From the IMG/VR virus record IMGVR_UViG_3300034053_000029, positions 146,172 to 210,171 of that record: DNA of 64,000 nucleotides; one strand, 5' to 3'. Shown piece after piece: positions 1-9,271 of this stretch (positions are counted from its first letter, which is position 1; each line of letters opens with the position of its first letter). This DNA is from a virus. Taxonomy: Duplodnaviria; Caudoviricetes. Under the pieces are notes generated by a model, which saw only the letters and a list, made by a program, of their open reading frames with translations, did no database searches and was not told where the DNA came from. Both the position numbers and the translations under genes were made by a program.

Positions 1-321
1 TTTAACTGGAGATATTCCCTTCTTCTTCACATCAAATTCGATGAGTGGATTGAGTTCAATCTGCTCTTTAAGAGGGCAAAATATTTTATCTCCAACCACA
101 ACTTCAAGACGAGATTCATATACGCCAGAAGGAAGGATTCCTTTTAATTTAGGAACAGCGGCAATGACTTCACCGTTTTCGATCTTGCACTTACATGCGA
201 CATCGAAATCTGGCCCCTCAATTACCAATCTTGCATATTGGGTTTGTTCTGTTGTGCCAAACACTTCAAGGCTAAATGCCATGTCGGTTTGTTCAGTAAG
301 TTCAAGTTTTCCTAAAATCAT
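1..321 (-). CDS. Hypothetical phage protein, partial (runs off the window edge; absent from the ORF track)
   Basis: ATG at 321 preceded by AAGGA; open frame to position 1: MILGKLELTEQTDMAFSLEVFGTTEQTQYARLVIEGPDFDVACKCKIENGEVIAAVPKLKGILPSGVYESRLEVVVGDKIFCPLKEQIELNPLIEFDVKKKGISPVK. Confidence 0.75.
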   Translation of the reverse strand, partial: MILGKLELTEQTDMAFSLEVFGTTEQTQYARLVIEGPDFDVACKCKIENGEVIAAVPKLKGILPSGVYESRLEVVVGDKIFCPLKEQIELNPLIEFDVKKKGISPVK

Positions 322-330
322 AATAATTCC

Positions 331-642
331 TTATTCTGTACGAGACATACCAGATAATTCGTCTCTATCATCTGCTCGTTTAGGTAATGCTCCTGTATGT
401 TTGGTTATGCTATGAATTTTTCCGTATACATTCTTACCACCACCACCATATTGACTATGAAGATGTGTTGTCATCGCAGAAAGATGTTCATCATCACCAA
501 CTTTACCACCTTCTAATGGGTCTGGTCCACTAACAACTCTTGTGTTTTTCTTGTCTCCATGAGTAACAATGTAATTTGAGTGATCACGGAATTTTTCCGT
601 TATAACTTGTCTGATTGCTTCGTGTAGTGAGTCAAAGTTCAT
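331..642 (-). CDS. His-rich small protein, possible internal head protein with a variant propeptide
   Basis: AAGGA RBS and late promoter at 667-674; N-terminus ends in V-I-T-E, resembling a gp21-type I/L-X-E site; 8 His in 103 aa. Confidence 0.55.
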   Translation of the reverse strand: MNFDSLHEAIRQVITEKFRDHSNYIVTHGDKKNTRVVSGPDPLEGGKVGDDEHLSAMTTHLHSQYGGGGKNVYGKIHSITKHTGALPKRADDRDELSGMSRTE

Positions 643-666
643 GATAATTCCTTTATGTGTATCGTA

Positions 667-674
667 TATTTATT
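667..674 (-). promoter_or_regulatory. T4-type late promoter (AATAAATA)
   Basis: Matches TATAAATA at 7/8; 25 nt upstream of the ATG at 642. Confidence 0.65.
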
Positions 675-2037
675 ACTTACTGTCTATAGAAAATACTTTT
701 CCACGAATCGTTGTTCCGCCATCCCTTGTGTAAAATGTCAAAATATCAACCCCATCTGAAGTCAATGTAGGAATGGTGCCACCATCCCATTTTGTATTGG
801 CAAACCATGTTTGAGCAAATAAACCACCATTCGTCAATTCGACAGTCCATGACGCAATTGTTCCACTTGATGGTAATCCAGTAATTGCCCATGATGTTAC
901 TGCAGTAGCACAAGTTGCATAATAAACAGCATCTGGTGAATATGCGATTGTCGTAGTTCCACTTGGAGTATATGAAGCAGCAACGGATGATGTACTATGT
1001 TTATGAACATCCATCTTGTTTAGGATGGTGTGCATGTTTGTGTCTGTGTTATCAAAGAACCCAACAAACGGCGCAACATCGACAATGATTTGGTCATCAG
1101 TCACTCCAGCAGCAAGTATTCTTGTCAATATTTTTCCATTTACGGCATGTGAATGTGCTACCGCACCAACAGCAACCGGATTGTTTGGTGCACTCGGTTT
1201 TGTTTTTGTCATCGCCCCTGGTGTTGATGGATGTAAGAATAGCACATCACCGTCATTCCAAGTTTCACCAACTGCAGACCCCGTTGTATTTAAATTGTGC
1301 AATATACCACTAGTAGTAACAACACCAAAAGCATTGTTTGTCATATCTGATGTGGCGATACCCAATACATCATAATTTGAATCTGTACTTGCTACCGCTA
1401 ATGATATTGTTGGTGTTTGTCCTGACGCACCACTTAATTTTACTACTTGACCATCAACAATAGTAGACCCCGAGGTATTTTTAACCTTTATCCACTGCTC
1501 AAATCCAATCTGCATAGAAGAACCAGAGATGTCAGAATAATATGACAATGCCTTTTTATCGGTGTCATACCAAATTCTACCTTCTTGATATGCTGGTGCG
1601 ATAACAGATGTGAAATTCAAATGATTTGTTATTGACCCATTCGACTCATCCACTTTCAAATCTAATGCAGTTTGGGTTGCCGACGAAACTGGTTTATTTG
1701 CATCTGAAGTATTATCGACGTTGCTAAGACCGACATCTGATTTAGTGACCCCATGAGGATTACCTGTAGTTCCAATATGTGTCTGAATGTTCGCATTTGC
1801 TGGTTCATATGAGTGAGAGTGTACTGTTGGTGCATATGTTCCATCGTGATTATGTCCTGTTGCTGATTTTCCGCTTAATGCAGAATTCAAATCAGTTTGG
1901 TCTGCTAAAGTACCGGTAATGTCTCCCCATACAAGATTTCCATCACCTGCTGGTCCTTGAACGCCTTGCGGTCCTTGAGTCCCAACAGTAACGACTGTAG
2001 TGACACCATTTTGCGAAATAACCGTAGTTTCACTCAT
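673..2037 (-). CDS. Tail fibre / virion decoration protein
   Basis: Short collagen-like GPQGVQGPAG; fibre motif VTKSDVGLSNVDNTSDANKPVSSATQTAL; Thr/Ser/Gly-rich beta domains; C-terminal W-x-GGTIPTLT...DILTF motif. Confidence 0.75.
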   Translation of the reverse strand: MSETTVISQNGVTTVVTVGTQGPQGVQGPAGDGNLVWGDITGTLADQTDLNSALSGKSATGHNHDGTYAPTVHSHSYEPANANIQTHIGTTGNPHGVTKSDVGLSNVDNTSDANKPVSSATQTALDLKVDESNGSITNHLNFTSVIAPAYQEGRIWYDTDKKALSYYSDISGSSMQIGFEQWIKVKNTSGSTIVDGQVVKLSGASGQTPTISLAVASTDSNYDVLGIATSDMTNNAFGVVTTSGILHNLNTTGSAVGETWNDGDVLFLHPSTPGAMTKTKPSAPNNPVAVGAVAHSHAVNGKILTRILAAGVTDDQIIVDVAPFVGFFDNTDTNMHTILNKMDVHKHSTSSVAASYTPSGTTTIAYSPDAVYYATCATAVTSWAITGLPSSGTIASWTVELTNGGLFAQTWFANTKWDGGTIPTLTSDGVDILTFYTRDGGTTIRGKVFSIDSK

Positions 2038-2378
2038 CTCGTTACTTCCTTAGAAACTTTGACTTTACCCTCAACCAATCGAGTGACGGTTGATCCGATA
2101 ACTACTTCAAGGTCATATACCCCTTTTACCCATGTCATTGCAGCAGTATCAGTAGCAGAAATTTCCAAATGAATTTTCCCATCAGTACCCACAGGGATCG
2201 AAAGGCGATCATTTTCCGTAGTCAATTCGATTAGCACTTCTCCATCAATACTATCTCTAACTTGCATCCTTGCGGTTGCTCCAGTTAGGTTAATGGCAAC
2301 ATCAAGTTCATCCTTCCACGTTAGTACATGAGTGAATGTAGCACCTTGTTCAATTGATAAATTTAATTTTCCTGCCAT
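2034..2378 (-). CDS. Small beta-sandwich virion structural protein (BppU-like adaptor)
   Basis: LSIEQGATF...W...INLTG.TARMQVR...GVYDLEV...RLVEGKV pattern, typical of small phage structural proteins next to fibre genes; ATGA overlap with 673..2037. Confidence 0.65.
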   Translation of the reverse strand: MAGKLNLSIEQGATFTHVLTWKDELDVAINLTGATARMQVRDSIDGEVLIELTTENDRLSIPVGTDGKIHLEISATDTAAMTWVKGVYDLEVVIGSTVTRLVEGKVKVSKEVTR

Positions 2379-2795
2379 TTATTTTCTCCAAAATGCTTTA
2401 ACCTTGATTTCTTTCGTCAATACACTATTTATGGTTGCTATGACATCTACAATAGATGTGTTCATTCTTCTAAACGATGCAAACACTTTTTCTAACGATG
2501 CTGCCATTAAGTAACTAACTGTTCTTCTCTGCTCCCATGTCTTACCTTTATGCTTTACTCTAACGATAATCTCATACGGACCTTCCCACGGTGTTTCAAT
2601 GAATGGAGGTCTAACAATTCCTCCACCACCTGCACCTTGTGGATTCTGAGGTACGATCTCAATTTCAATCGAACAACCAAATCCATTCGTTGCCATATTG
2701 AACGTAGAGAATCCTGGATAGATTCCCATCGTAGCAATCTGCAAATGCTCCTGACAGACCGATTCAGATTCATTATGAAATACACCTAATAGCAT
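2379..2795 (-). CDS. Hypothetical protein, probably virion-associated
   Basis: Abuts neighbours in a structural operon; Gly-rich linker GAGGGG. Confidence 0.6.
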   Translation of the reverse strand: MLLGVFHNESESVCQEHLQIATMGIYPGFSTFNMATNGFGCSIEIEIVPQNPQGAGGGGIVRPPFIETPWEGPYEIIVRVKHKGKTWEQRRTVSYLMAASLEKVFASFRRMNTSIVDVIATINSVLTKEIKVKAFWRK

Positions 2796-2804
2796 GATTG
2801 GTTA

Positions 2805-4286
2805 TCAGATTTCCTCACCCCAACCAAGAACCACTTCACTTGATCCGGCAGTGGAATCGTTGGTCACAATAAGGTAATCACCACGAACCAAATTCAATTC
2901 TAAATGACTATACGACAACTCTATAGATACTCTAGCACCTGCTTCCACAGTAATCGCACGAATAAACTCAAGATTTGCCACGGTTACTGCCGTTGCTCTT
3001 ACTGCACTCACATTCATGTCAGTTGAATCGGATTGAACGAATGAATGTTTACCACCATATCCTGCAACTAAAGTTTCACCTGTAATATCAGCAGCACTTC
3101 GAGTACGCCATAATTTAAACGTGCATTTCTTAGTGTTATGAACTGATAATGTTCTCAAATGAATAGTGCGAGTATTAACTAACGTACCAATTAAAAGAGG
3201 ATTATGAACAACTAAAACTGGTTTATCTGCACCAGTAGTCGCTACTGCTTGTGAATAGGCTGATCCCCATTGTTCTGGCGTCTCTTTACCATTCTCAGAT
3301 GTTATATCTACGCAACCAATTATAAGAGAGCAATTGGCAACTGCTGCATTTGCTGTGGTTGCTTTGAATGCTATAGGTAGAGCAGGATTACTCATACTTA
3401 ATGCAGTAAGAGTCCCCAACAAAGACATAGTATGAACATGAATGTTGTTGATGAAGAACTTATAATTTCCCATTCCACGCCATTGATATTGAATATCGTA
3501 AGTGTTACCCGCTTCAACATTGAATCCTGGAACTCCTGCAGTACTAATTAGTTGCTCTGCTACTTCAACGGTTAGCGATCTGCGTACTGCGTATAACAAA
3601 CCATCTGCTTTTAGGCGAAAGAATATACCCGCATCAATGTTTTGAACACCCCACTCTCTAACACATCCTGTTGCAGTCTTGCTTGGACAAATCAGTGCAG
3701 TTGAAAACAAATGACCACGATTGGGTTGATATGGTGGGCACACTCTAGATTCAAGTAATAAATTTGTTTTTCCTGTTGATGTAGTAAGAACTGCTGCTCC
3801 ACCTGTAGATACGATGTTAGTAGAGGTGTAAACTTGTACGCCACCTTCGTATGTAAACCACATTTTTGTTGGTATGTCAAAAGTGAACATCCCATGAAAT
3901 AGCGAGAACGGAAGAGACATTTTCTGAACACCCCAAGCATCTTCCGTAAGATCACCAGAACCTAGAGTGCCACTAATAGGAACAGGTGTTGCTCTCAATT
4001 GAGCATCGGTCAATGGTCCTGAGACTGGTTGTGTCGCTTGATAAAACGATCCAGAAACAGGAACTGCTGCTGCTCTCAATTGTGCATCTGTCAATGGTTG
4101 CGATAACCCAGTATTGGCAGTAACTGTGCCGGAAACAGGCAATGGATTGGTAGCACTAATGTCACCATCATTCACTCCATCATCACCATGAATCAGTTTT
4201 ACTCTCTGGTATTTTGCACCGGCAATCTCATCTGCTGCAATGACTGCTCCACCAATACCAGGATTTAGGGTTACATTATCTGCCAT
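2805..4286 (-). CDS. Virion structural protein with a lectin-like beta-sandwich domain
   Basis: N-terminal MADNVTLNPG...YQRVKL..G.DG; duplicated PLTDAQLRA motif; central Y-Q-P-x-R-G ... WG ... G-x-F-F ... Y-x-I-x-Y-Q-W-x-G-x-G pattern of phage ConA-like domains. Confidence 0.65.
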   Translation of the reverse strand: MADNVTLNPGIGGAVIAADEIAGAKYQRVKLIHGDDGVNDGDISATNPLPVSGTVTANTGLSQPLTDAQLRAAAVPVSGSFYQATQPVSGPLTDAQLRATPVPISGTLGSGDLTEDAWGVQKMSLPFSLFHGMFTFDIPTKMWFTYEGGVQVYTSTNIVSTGGAAVLTTSTGKTNLLLESRVCPPYQPNRGHLFSTALICPSKTATGCVREWGVQNIDAGIFFRLKADGLLYAVRRSLTVEVAEQLISTAGVPGFNVEAGNTYDIQYQWRGMGNYKFFINNIHVHTMSLLGTLTALSMSNPALPIAFKATTANAAVANCSLIIGCVDITSENGKETPEQWGSAYSQAVATTGADKPVLVVHNPLLIGTLVNTRTIHLRTLSVHNTKKCTFKLWRTRSAADITGETLVAGYGGKHSFVQSDSTDMNVSAVRATAVTVANLEFIRAITVEAGARVSIELSYSHLELNLVRGDYLIVTNDSTAGSSEVVLGWGEEI

Positions 4287-4296
4287 TTTTCACTTT

Positions 4297-4848
4297 CTAT
4301 TTTGCCCTAGCTACGACGTATGTATTTTTCAAATGATTTTTAACTGTATGTTTATCTTTCTTTTTTGGAACTTCATCACCATACTCATTGTCTGGTTTCT
4401 CAATTTGCTTTCTACCTTTGTGATATGTTAATTGAGTATCTGACATTTCACCAACTCTATCCATAACAGTTTTTCCACCTTCAGAATACTCATCTGAACC
4501 AATTGCTTTGATGCCTTGCTTATGAATGAGGTGATGAATGAGGTGATGCATCTTCATTGATCCATCAGACTTTTCATGTTTAGACATGGCATCTATACTT
4601 AGATGACCTTCATGTTCCTCGCCCCATATTGAAAGATCATTCACTTTTGTCTTCTTATTCTTTGCCCAATATACGGTTTGGTCATGAATATTGGTTCCTC
4701 TATGGATAGTATGAGTATCGGTCTCACCAATCTTCTTATGATCAAGATTCCAGTTTTCATCTTTTTTAGAGACATTCCAATCCATATTTTTTGGGATGTT
4801 TTTGTTTATGAATGCCATTTCTGAAATATATTCTTTAAAGGTTATCAT
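4297..4848 (-). CDS. Putative internal head (ejected) protein with T4-type capsid-targeting sequence; GNAT-like motif
   Basis: N-terminus MITFKEYISE versus T4 IPII/IPIII MKTYQEFIAE; 15 His in 183 aa; AIGSDEYSEGGKTV motif. Confidence 0.65.
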   Translation of the reverse strand: MITFKEYISEMAFINKNIPKNMDWNVSKKDENWNLDHKKIGETDTHTIHRGTNIHDQTVYWAKNKKTKVNDLSIWGEEHEGHLSIDAMSKHEKSDGSMKMHHLIHHLIHKQGIKAIGSDEYSEGGKTVMDRVGEMSDTQLTYHKGRKQIEKPDNEYGDEVPKKKDKHTVKNHLKNTYVVARAK

Positions 4849-4850
4849 GA

Positions 4851-7271
4851 TTACACCCTTTGTACCGTTGTTTGTTCTGTATTAGTGGTTATTGATTGTG
4901 TTATGTCACCTGCGAATCTACCTGTCTTGGTTACAATGAGTGGTTTCGCTGGATCAAGTCCCATCATATTGTAGAGTTCAAGTAACATCGTCGCCTGAGT
5001 ACCAGTCAATCCAGGGTTGCTACTAAGTGTCATAATATGAGCAAGTTCTGGAGTCAATTCGGTTCTAACTGCATCTGCCAATGCACCATAATCAACACCA
5101 CCAGATGAAGCGGTATTGAGTTTATTTCCAAATGTTCCTACATCGTTGTAATCGGCGGCAACTGAATTCCAAATGTCATCAGGAATCGTATCACCACGAC
5201 TACTTACCATAGCAAATTGTGCAGCAGGATCAACAAACACTTCATTTTCTGGTGCAGAAGTTCCTGTTGGGAATGTCTTATTATCTCTGATGAAGTTATC
5301 AAACAGAATCATCGTTCTTTGAGTGTTTGGTCCTATGTTGATACCATAATCGCTATTATTCTGAATGCGTGATGCTGATACCACATTCAATCGTGTCGAG
5401 TTTGAACTTGTGCCAGTAAATTTGATACCGCATCCACGGTTGTAGTAGATGTTGCAATTATCGAAGCGAACTTCTCTTGGTGATCCTTCTCCTGCTATTG
5501 GTGCATCCGTAAATCGGACACCATCCGATCCAAATTTCTCAATCTCACAACCGAATACTTTATGATAATCGCCACCCTTGAAATGCACACCAACACCGGT
5601 TCCTATTGCCGAACCACCACCGGTATCTGGTCCTACGATATACATATTCTCAAGTCGAGTAAATTTCGCATTGACCACGATACCATCTTCTGATCCGTTT
5701 GCCGAAGTTTTTAGGTAGATACCATTCAATGAGCAATTGTTTGCTGTGATATTGATAACAGGATCAGCAGTAATGGTACTTGGTTGAATCATAATACCAC
5801 GACCTGGTGCACGAATATGCACATCTTCTTTATTCATTACAATTCGTTCATCGAGTGGAGTTCCAACAGCACCTGGTGATAACAAGAAGATAACGTCACC
5901 ACGACCAGACACCGCTTTACCGATAGCAGCAGTAATCGTTTTCAATGGAGAAGCAGGTGAATTTCCTGGTGCCAAATCCGTACCATTTATGTGATCTACA
6001 TACCAACGTGATCCGAATCCTTGGTGTGATTGACGTAGCGATTCCACATCAAGTTTTGCTTGTTCTGCAACTGCTGCTGCGAAACCTGACGCATCAACTT
6101 CCGTACCTAATGAATAATTGACAAGCGTTCCGAATCCTGTAACCGTGATCTTCCCTTTGGTGCAAGTCGAATCAACGGTAACAGTTCCACCATTCAAGTG
6201 AATCCATACTTGACCAGATTGAGTAGCATGATTTTGATTGATGAATTTGATACGTCCATGAAATCCATCAAACGTCATATTCAGGCGAGCGCCGTTACGA
6301 TCAATAATTGCCGTACCTTCGTCCGAATAGCAATCTTTGAAATATGACGCATGACCATTAGATACTGCTGATGTTTGACGAATCGTATATGTTAGTGTGG
6401 ATGGAGTAAGCAAACCGCATCGTTCATAGAAACAATGTGCATTATCTAACCCATCAATAATACAATCGTGATAAATCGACTCACCACCTTGATATCCAGT
6501 GATTCTACAATGTGTCCAATGGGAATTTGTGGTGACACAACCAGAAGTCAAAGTGACTAAGGTTCTTGTAACATTCAATGTGGCACCGTCACCCTCAAAT
6601 CTCAGCGCAGTAAGATTACCACCGGATGAGTCGGTCGCTGTTGATGGAACCGTGAGATTTCCACGAATGTAAAAATTATCGAAACCTCTTGTTGTAGCAA
6701 TGGTTTTCGCATCTGCGATATTGTTTACTGGAACTTTGAATGTTCCGATTGGGTATGCCGTACCTGATGTTGCAACCGTGGAAACATTGCCTTGGTCAAT
6801 GGTAATTTCACCATTGAATGCTGCTTGTTCGATTTCAGCAATTTGTGCCAATGAAGAATCGACAAGGGATGATACTTGCAATTCGATGGTGACGCTGTAA
6901 TTACCAACAGCAGGTAGGAACGGAGAAGAACCGGAAGGGTCTGTATAAAGGTTTCCATTGACGGTTAGTCGATGATCGCCAGAATATGGACGAATACGCC
7001 AACCATTAGTTAAGAAGTACGTCGAACCAAGAGTTTTTGTGTCACTAATTGCGTCACCGCCCACTGCTCGCATGGCAGGTAAGTACTTTACGTTATCACT
7101 AACTAGTACCCATTCTTTCCAAGCAGAATATATGTCTTGAACTTCAACTAAAGTGACACCAACAGAGATTTCTATGACCTTATCATTGCCATAGAAAGTA
7201 AAATCTCTAATAGTATCGAATTCGGATATGTAACCTGCAGCAACATATCCAGTTGAGACATAATTACTCAT
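4851..7271 (-). CDS. Virion structural protein with a right-handed beta-helix (pectin-lyase-like) region
   Basis: N-terminal V.DIYSAWKEW...N.KY.PAMR.VGGD; beta-helix rungs (DGIVVN, GVGVHFKG, CEIEKFGSDGVRF, NSDYGINIG); IPDDIWN motif. Confidence 0.7.
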   Translation of the reverse strand: MSNYVSTGYVAAGYISEFDTIRDFTFYGNDKVIEISVGVTLVEVQDIYSAWKEWVLVSDNVKYLPAMRAVGGDAISDTKTLGSTYFLTNGWRIRPYSGDHRLTVNGNLYTDPSGSSPFLPAVGNYSVTIELQVSSLVDSSLAQIAEIEQAAFNGEITIDQGNVSTVATSGTAYPIGTFKVPVNNIADAKTIATTRGFDNFYIRGNLTVPSTATDSSGGNLTALRFEGDGATLNVTRTLVTLTSGCVTTNSHWTHCRITGYQGGESIYHDCIIDGLDNAHCFYERCGLLTPSTLTYTIRQTSAVSNGHASYFKDCYSDEGTAIIDRNGARLNMTFDGFHGRIKFINQNHATQSGQVWIHLNGGTVTVDSTCTKGKITVTGFGTLVNYSLGTEVDASGFAAAVAEQAKLDVESLRQSHQGFGSRWYVDHINGTDLAPGNSPASPLKTITAAIGKAVSGRGDVIFLLSPGAVGTPLDERIVMNKEDVHIRAPGRGIMIQPSTITADPVINITANNCSLNGIYLKTSANGSEDGIVVNAKFTRLENMYIVGPDTGGGSAIGTGVGVHFKGGDYHKVFGCEIEKFGSDGVRFTDAPIAGEGSPREVRFDNCNIYYNRGCGIKFTGTSSNSTRLNVVSASRIQNNSDYGINIGPNTQRTMILFDNFIRDNKTFPTGTSAPENEVFVDPAAQFAMVSSRGDTIPDDIWNSVAADYNDVGTFGNKLNTASSGGVDYGALADAVRTELTPELAHIMTLSSNPGLTGTQATMLLELYNMMGLDPAKPLIVTKTGRFAGDITQSITTNTEQTTVQRV

Positions 7272-7281
7272 GCCTCATTCC

Positions 7282-8004
7282 TTAGACAGCATAAAATGAT
7301 GGAGAAGGAGATTTGTTCTTCGTCGCTAAGTTTGAACTTTGATAATGTAAATCAATTGTTATGATGGCAGGTTCATTTATTGTACCACCTGTAATCGTTG
7401 GAATCGTCGCAACTTCGAAGTGGAACAAAAAGATTCCATCGACCTCAATCAAATTGGTATTGAGTTGATTTGGTCCAGGTGTTGATGATGTCAATTGAAT
7501 TTCATCCACACGGTGATGATATTGTGGGCAATTACCAATAGTCAAGCCAGGTATTGTAATCGTAGGTGCAATCTCAGCAGAGAAGTTTGCTTGCTGATGA
7601 CCTTTTGCGTAAGTGGTGAATACGTTTATGACAAAGTTTCCACTTATGCTTGTACCATTATGTGTCCAGTGAGCATGAAGGTGCATATCTGTACCAGGGA
7701 CATAATCGTGTGGTACATGGAATACGCAATCTGAATCATCACCAACAGAATAAAACCATACACGAACTTTTCCACCACTTCTCAATTCGGAACAAGTTGG
7801 TGGACTTGCTGCTGTTGCTCTTGATAGTTCTCCGGTCAAATCATGCCAACCGAATACCGGTGTGCCTAATGAATCGACTTTGATGCCAGTGCCGCTAACA
7901 CCAGTGACTAAAGGATTTACCCCATCCCTTAGATCAGTAAAATTGGTGTCTAAATCGTTATGGGTAAGTTCAGACCCTTTACCTGCTCTTGTTGTGATTG
8001 CCAT
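7282..8004 (-). CDS. Fibre-like virion protein
   Basis: N-terminal MAITTRAGKGSELTHNDLDTNF anchor motif common to T4-like fibre proteins, followed by a beta-sandwich domain. Confidence 0.65.
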   Translation of the reverse strand: MAITTRAGKGSELTHNDLDTNFTDLRDGVNPLVTGVSGTGIKVDSLGTPVFGWHDLTGELSRATAASPPTCSELRSGGKVRVWFYSVGDDSDCVFHVPHDYVPGTDMHLHAHWTHNGTSISGNFVINVFTTYAKGHQQANFSAEIAPTITIPGLTIGNCPQYHHRVDEIQLTSSTPGPNQLNTNLIEVDGIFLFHFEVATIPTITGGTINEPAIITIDLHYQSSNLATKNKSPSPSFYAV

Positions 8005-8035
8005 TTTCTACCGTCCATAATTTACATTATCACTA

Positions 8036-8043
8036 TATTTATT
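8036..8043 (-). promoter_or_regulatory. T4-type late promoter (AATAAATA)
   Basis: Intergenic, about 30 nt upstream of the ATG at 8004. Confidence 0.65.
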
Positions 8044-8052
8044 CATGGTGTG

Positions 8053-8337
8053 TTAAGATGATTTCACACTCTTATGCTTCAAGATGTCCTCTTTAGGGAT
8101 AAGTTTGTTCAAATCAGAAATGTATTTCTTTACAATTTTACCAGTGACAATCTTTGAGAAATCGTTTTTGTCAATATCCCATTCAATCGAAAAATCTGTT
8201 GAGTCTAATCCGTATTCACTAACATCTTGAAGATAAAATGAATAAATGTTTAGATGTTCATTTGTTGGTGTTCCCGCCTTGCATCTAAACAATGCATAAC
8301 GAATTTTGCTTCTTGTCATCCCGTCTATCGCTACCAT
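8053..8337 (-). CDS. Hypothetical protein
   Basis: GGAGG RBS 8 nt upstream; own late promoter at 8368-8375. Confidence 0.7.
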   Translation of the reverse strand: MVAIDGMTRSKIRYALFRCKAGTPTNEHLNIYSFYLQDVSEYGLDSTDFSIEWDIDKNDFSKIVTGKIVKKYISDLNKLIPKEDILKHKSVKSS

Positions 8338-8367
8338 AATAAAAATCCTCCAGAATAGGTTGTTGTA

Positions 8368-8375
8368 TATTTATT
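8368..8375 (-). promoter_or_regulatory. T4-type late promoter (AATAAATA)
   Basis: Overlaps the stop codon of 8371..9192; 30 nt upstream of the ATG at 8337. Confidence 0.55.
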
Positions 8376-9192
8376 CTGTTTTTTTGATAACTCTTCCTTT
8401 TCTCCAACCTTCGGGAATTTCATCGTTTTTTGGTACAGATTTTGAATCAACTCCATTTGTTATCCAATGCTTTCCTGAGTTTGTACCAAATCTTTTTATT
8501 TTCTCTTCTGGTGTCATTTTTGCTGCATTCTCTATAAAAGTTTGTCTACTTCTTTCTCTTGCTTCTGGTGTTGTCATTGCGTCTATTCGATACTTAGTAT
8601 ATTCTGGATCAGCAGAAAATTCCTTTTGCTTCTCTGATCTTTGTTTTCTCCACGACTCTCTGCTAGTTATTTCTTTGTTTATCTCTGTTTGTTTTCTTCT
8701 ATTTTCTTCTATTGAAAAGTATTCATTTCGTCTATTAGACTGTGCACTTCTATTCTCTTCATCGTCCCAATATTCTTGTCTGTGTTTTGTTAGTCTACTT
8801 CTAATTGCGTCATCGTCCCACATTTCTTTTGATTGTTGCGACATATGAGAAGACAAGTTTTTTCTACACATCTCGAATAAGCGACTATTACCAAATACTA
8901 TCCTATTATTTTTTGTATTGGTCAGTTTCATCATAGACAATAAGGATAGAAGCATTTTCTTTTCTGATGAAATATCATTATTTTTGAAAATTTTATATAA
9001 CAAAAGGTGTGCGATATAATGTTCTTTATGTGTCAAATTTACTACAAATTTATTTTTACCATAAATCGACTGTGGGAAGACATGGTGTGCTTCTGTTTCC
9101 CCTTGTACTTTAGTATTAAATTTCCTAGATTCAATCAAATTAACATACCATTTTTTATACTTATTGTTAGAGAACGATTCATAACTAAACAT
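8371..9192 (-). CDS. Free-standing HNH homing endonuclease
   Basis: YKKWYVNLIE..K...ETEAHHVFPQS..G......VNLTHKEHYIAHLLL catalytic HNH domain; basic helical repeats; C-terminal WITNG...IPEGWRKGR DNA-binding motif. Confidence 0.85.
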   Translation of the reverse strand: MFSYESFSNNKYKKWYVNLIESRKFNTKVQGETEAHHVFPQSIYGKNKFVVNLTHKEHYIAHLLLYKIFKNNDISSEKKMLLSLLSMMKLTNTKNNRIVFGNSRLFEMCRKNLSSHMSQQSKEMWDDDAIRSRLTKHRQEYWDDEENRSAQSNRRNEYFSIEENRRKQTEINKEITSRESWRKQRSEKQKEFSADPEYTKYRIDAMTTPEARERSRQTFIENAAKMTPEEKIKRFGTNSGKHWITNGVDSKSVPKNDEIPEGWRKGRVIKKTE

Positions 9193-9262
9193 ATTAAAAT
9201 TCCTTTCATCATGTTGTATCTTATATTTATAAGAGTCACACTGTTAGAAAGGAATGTTTAAT
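9193..9262 (-). promoter_or_regulatory. RBS-sequestering hairpin with a perfect late promoter (TATAAATA, 9224-9231) in its loop
   Basis: mRNA AUUAAA-C-AUUCCUUUC (9262-9247) pairs with GAAAGGAAU-UUUAAU (9207-9193) directly before the AUG: 15 bp with a one-base bulge. Confidence 0.75.
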
Positions 9263-9271
9263 TAAATAAAA

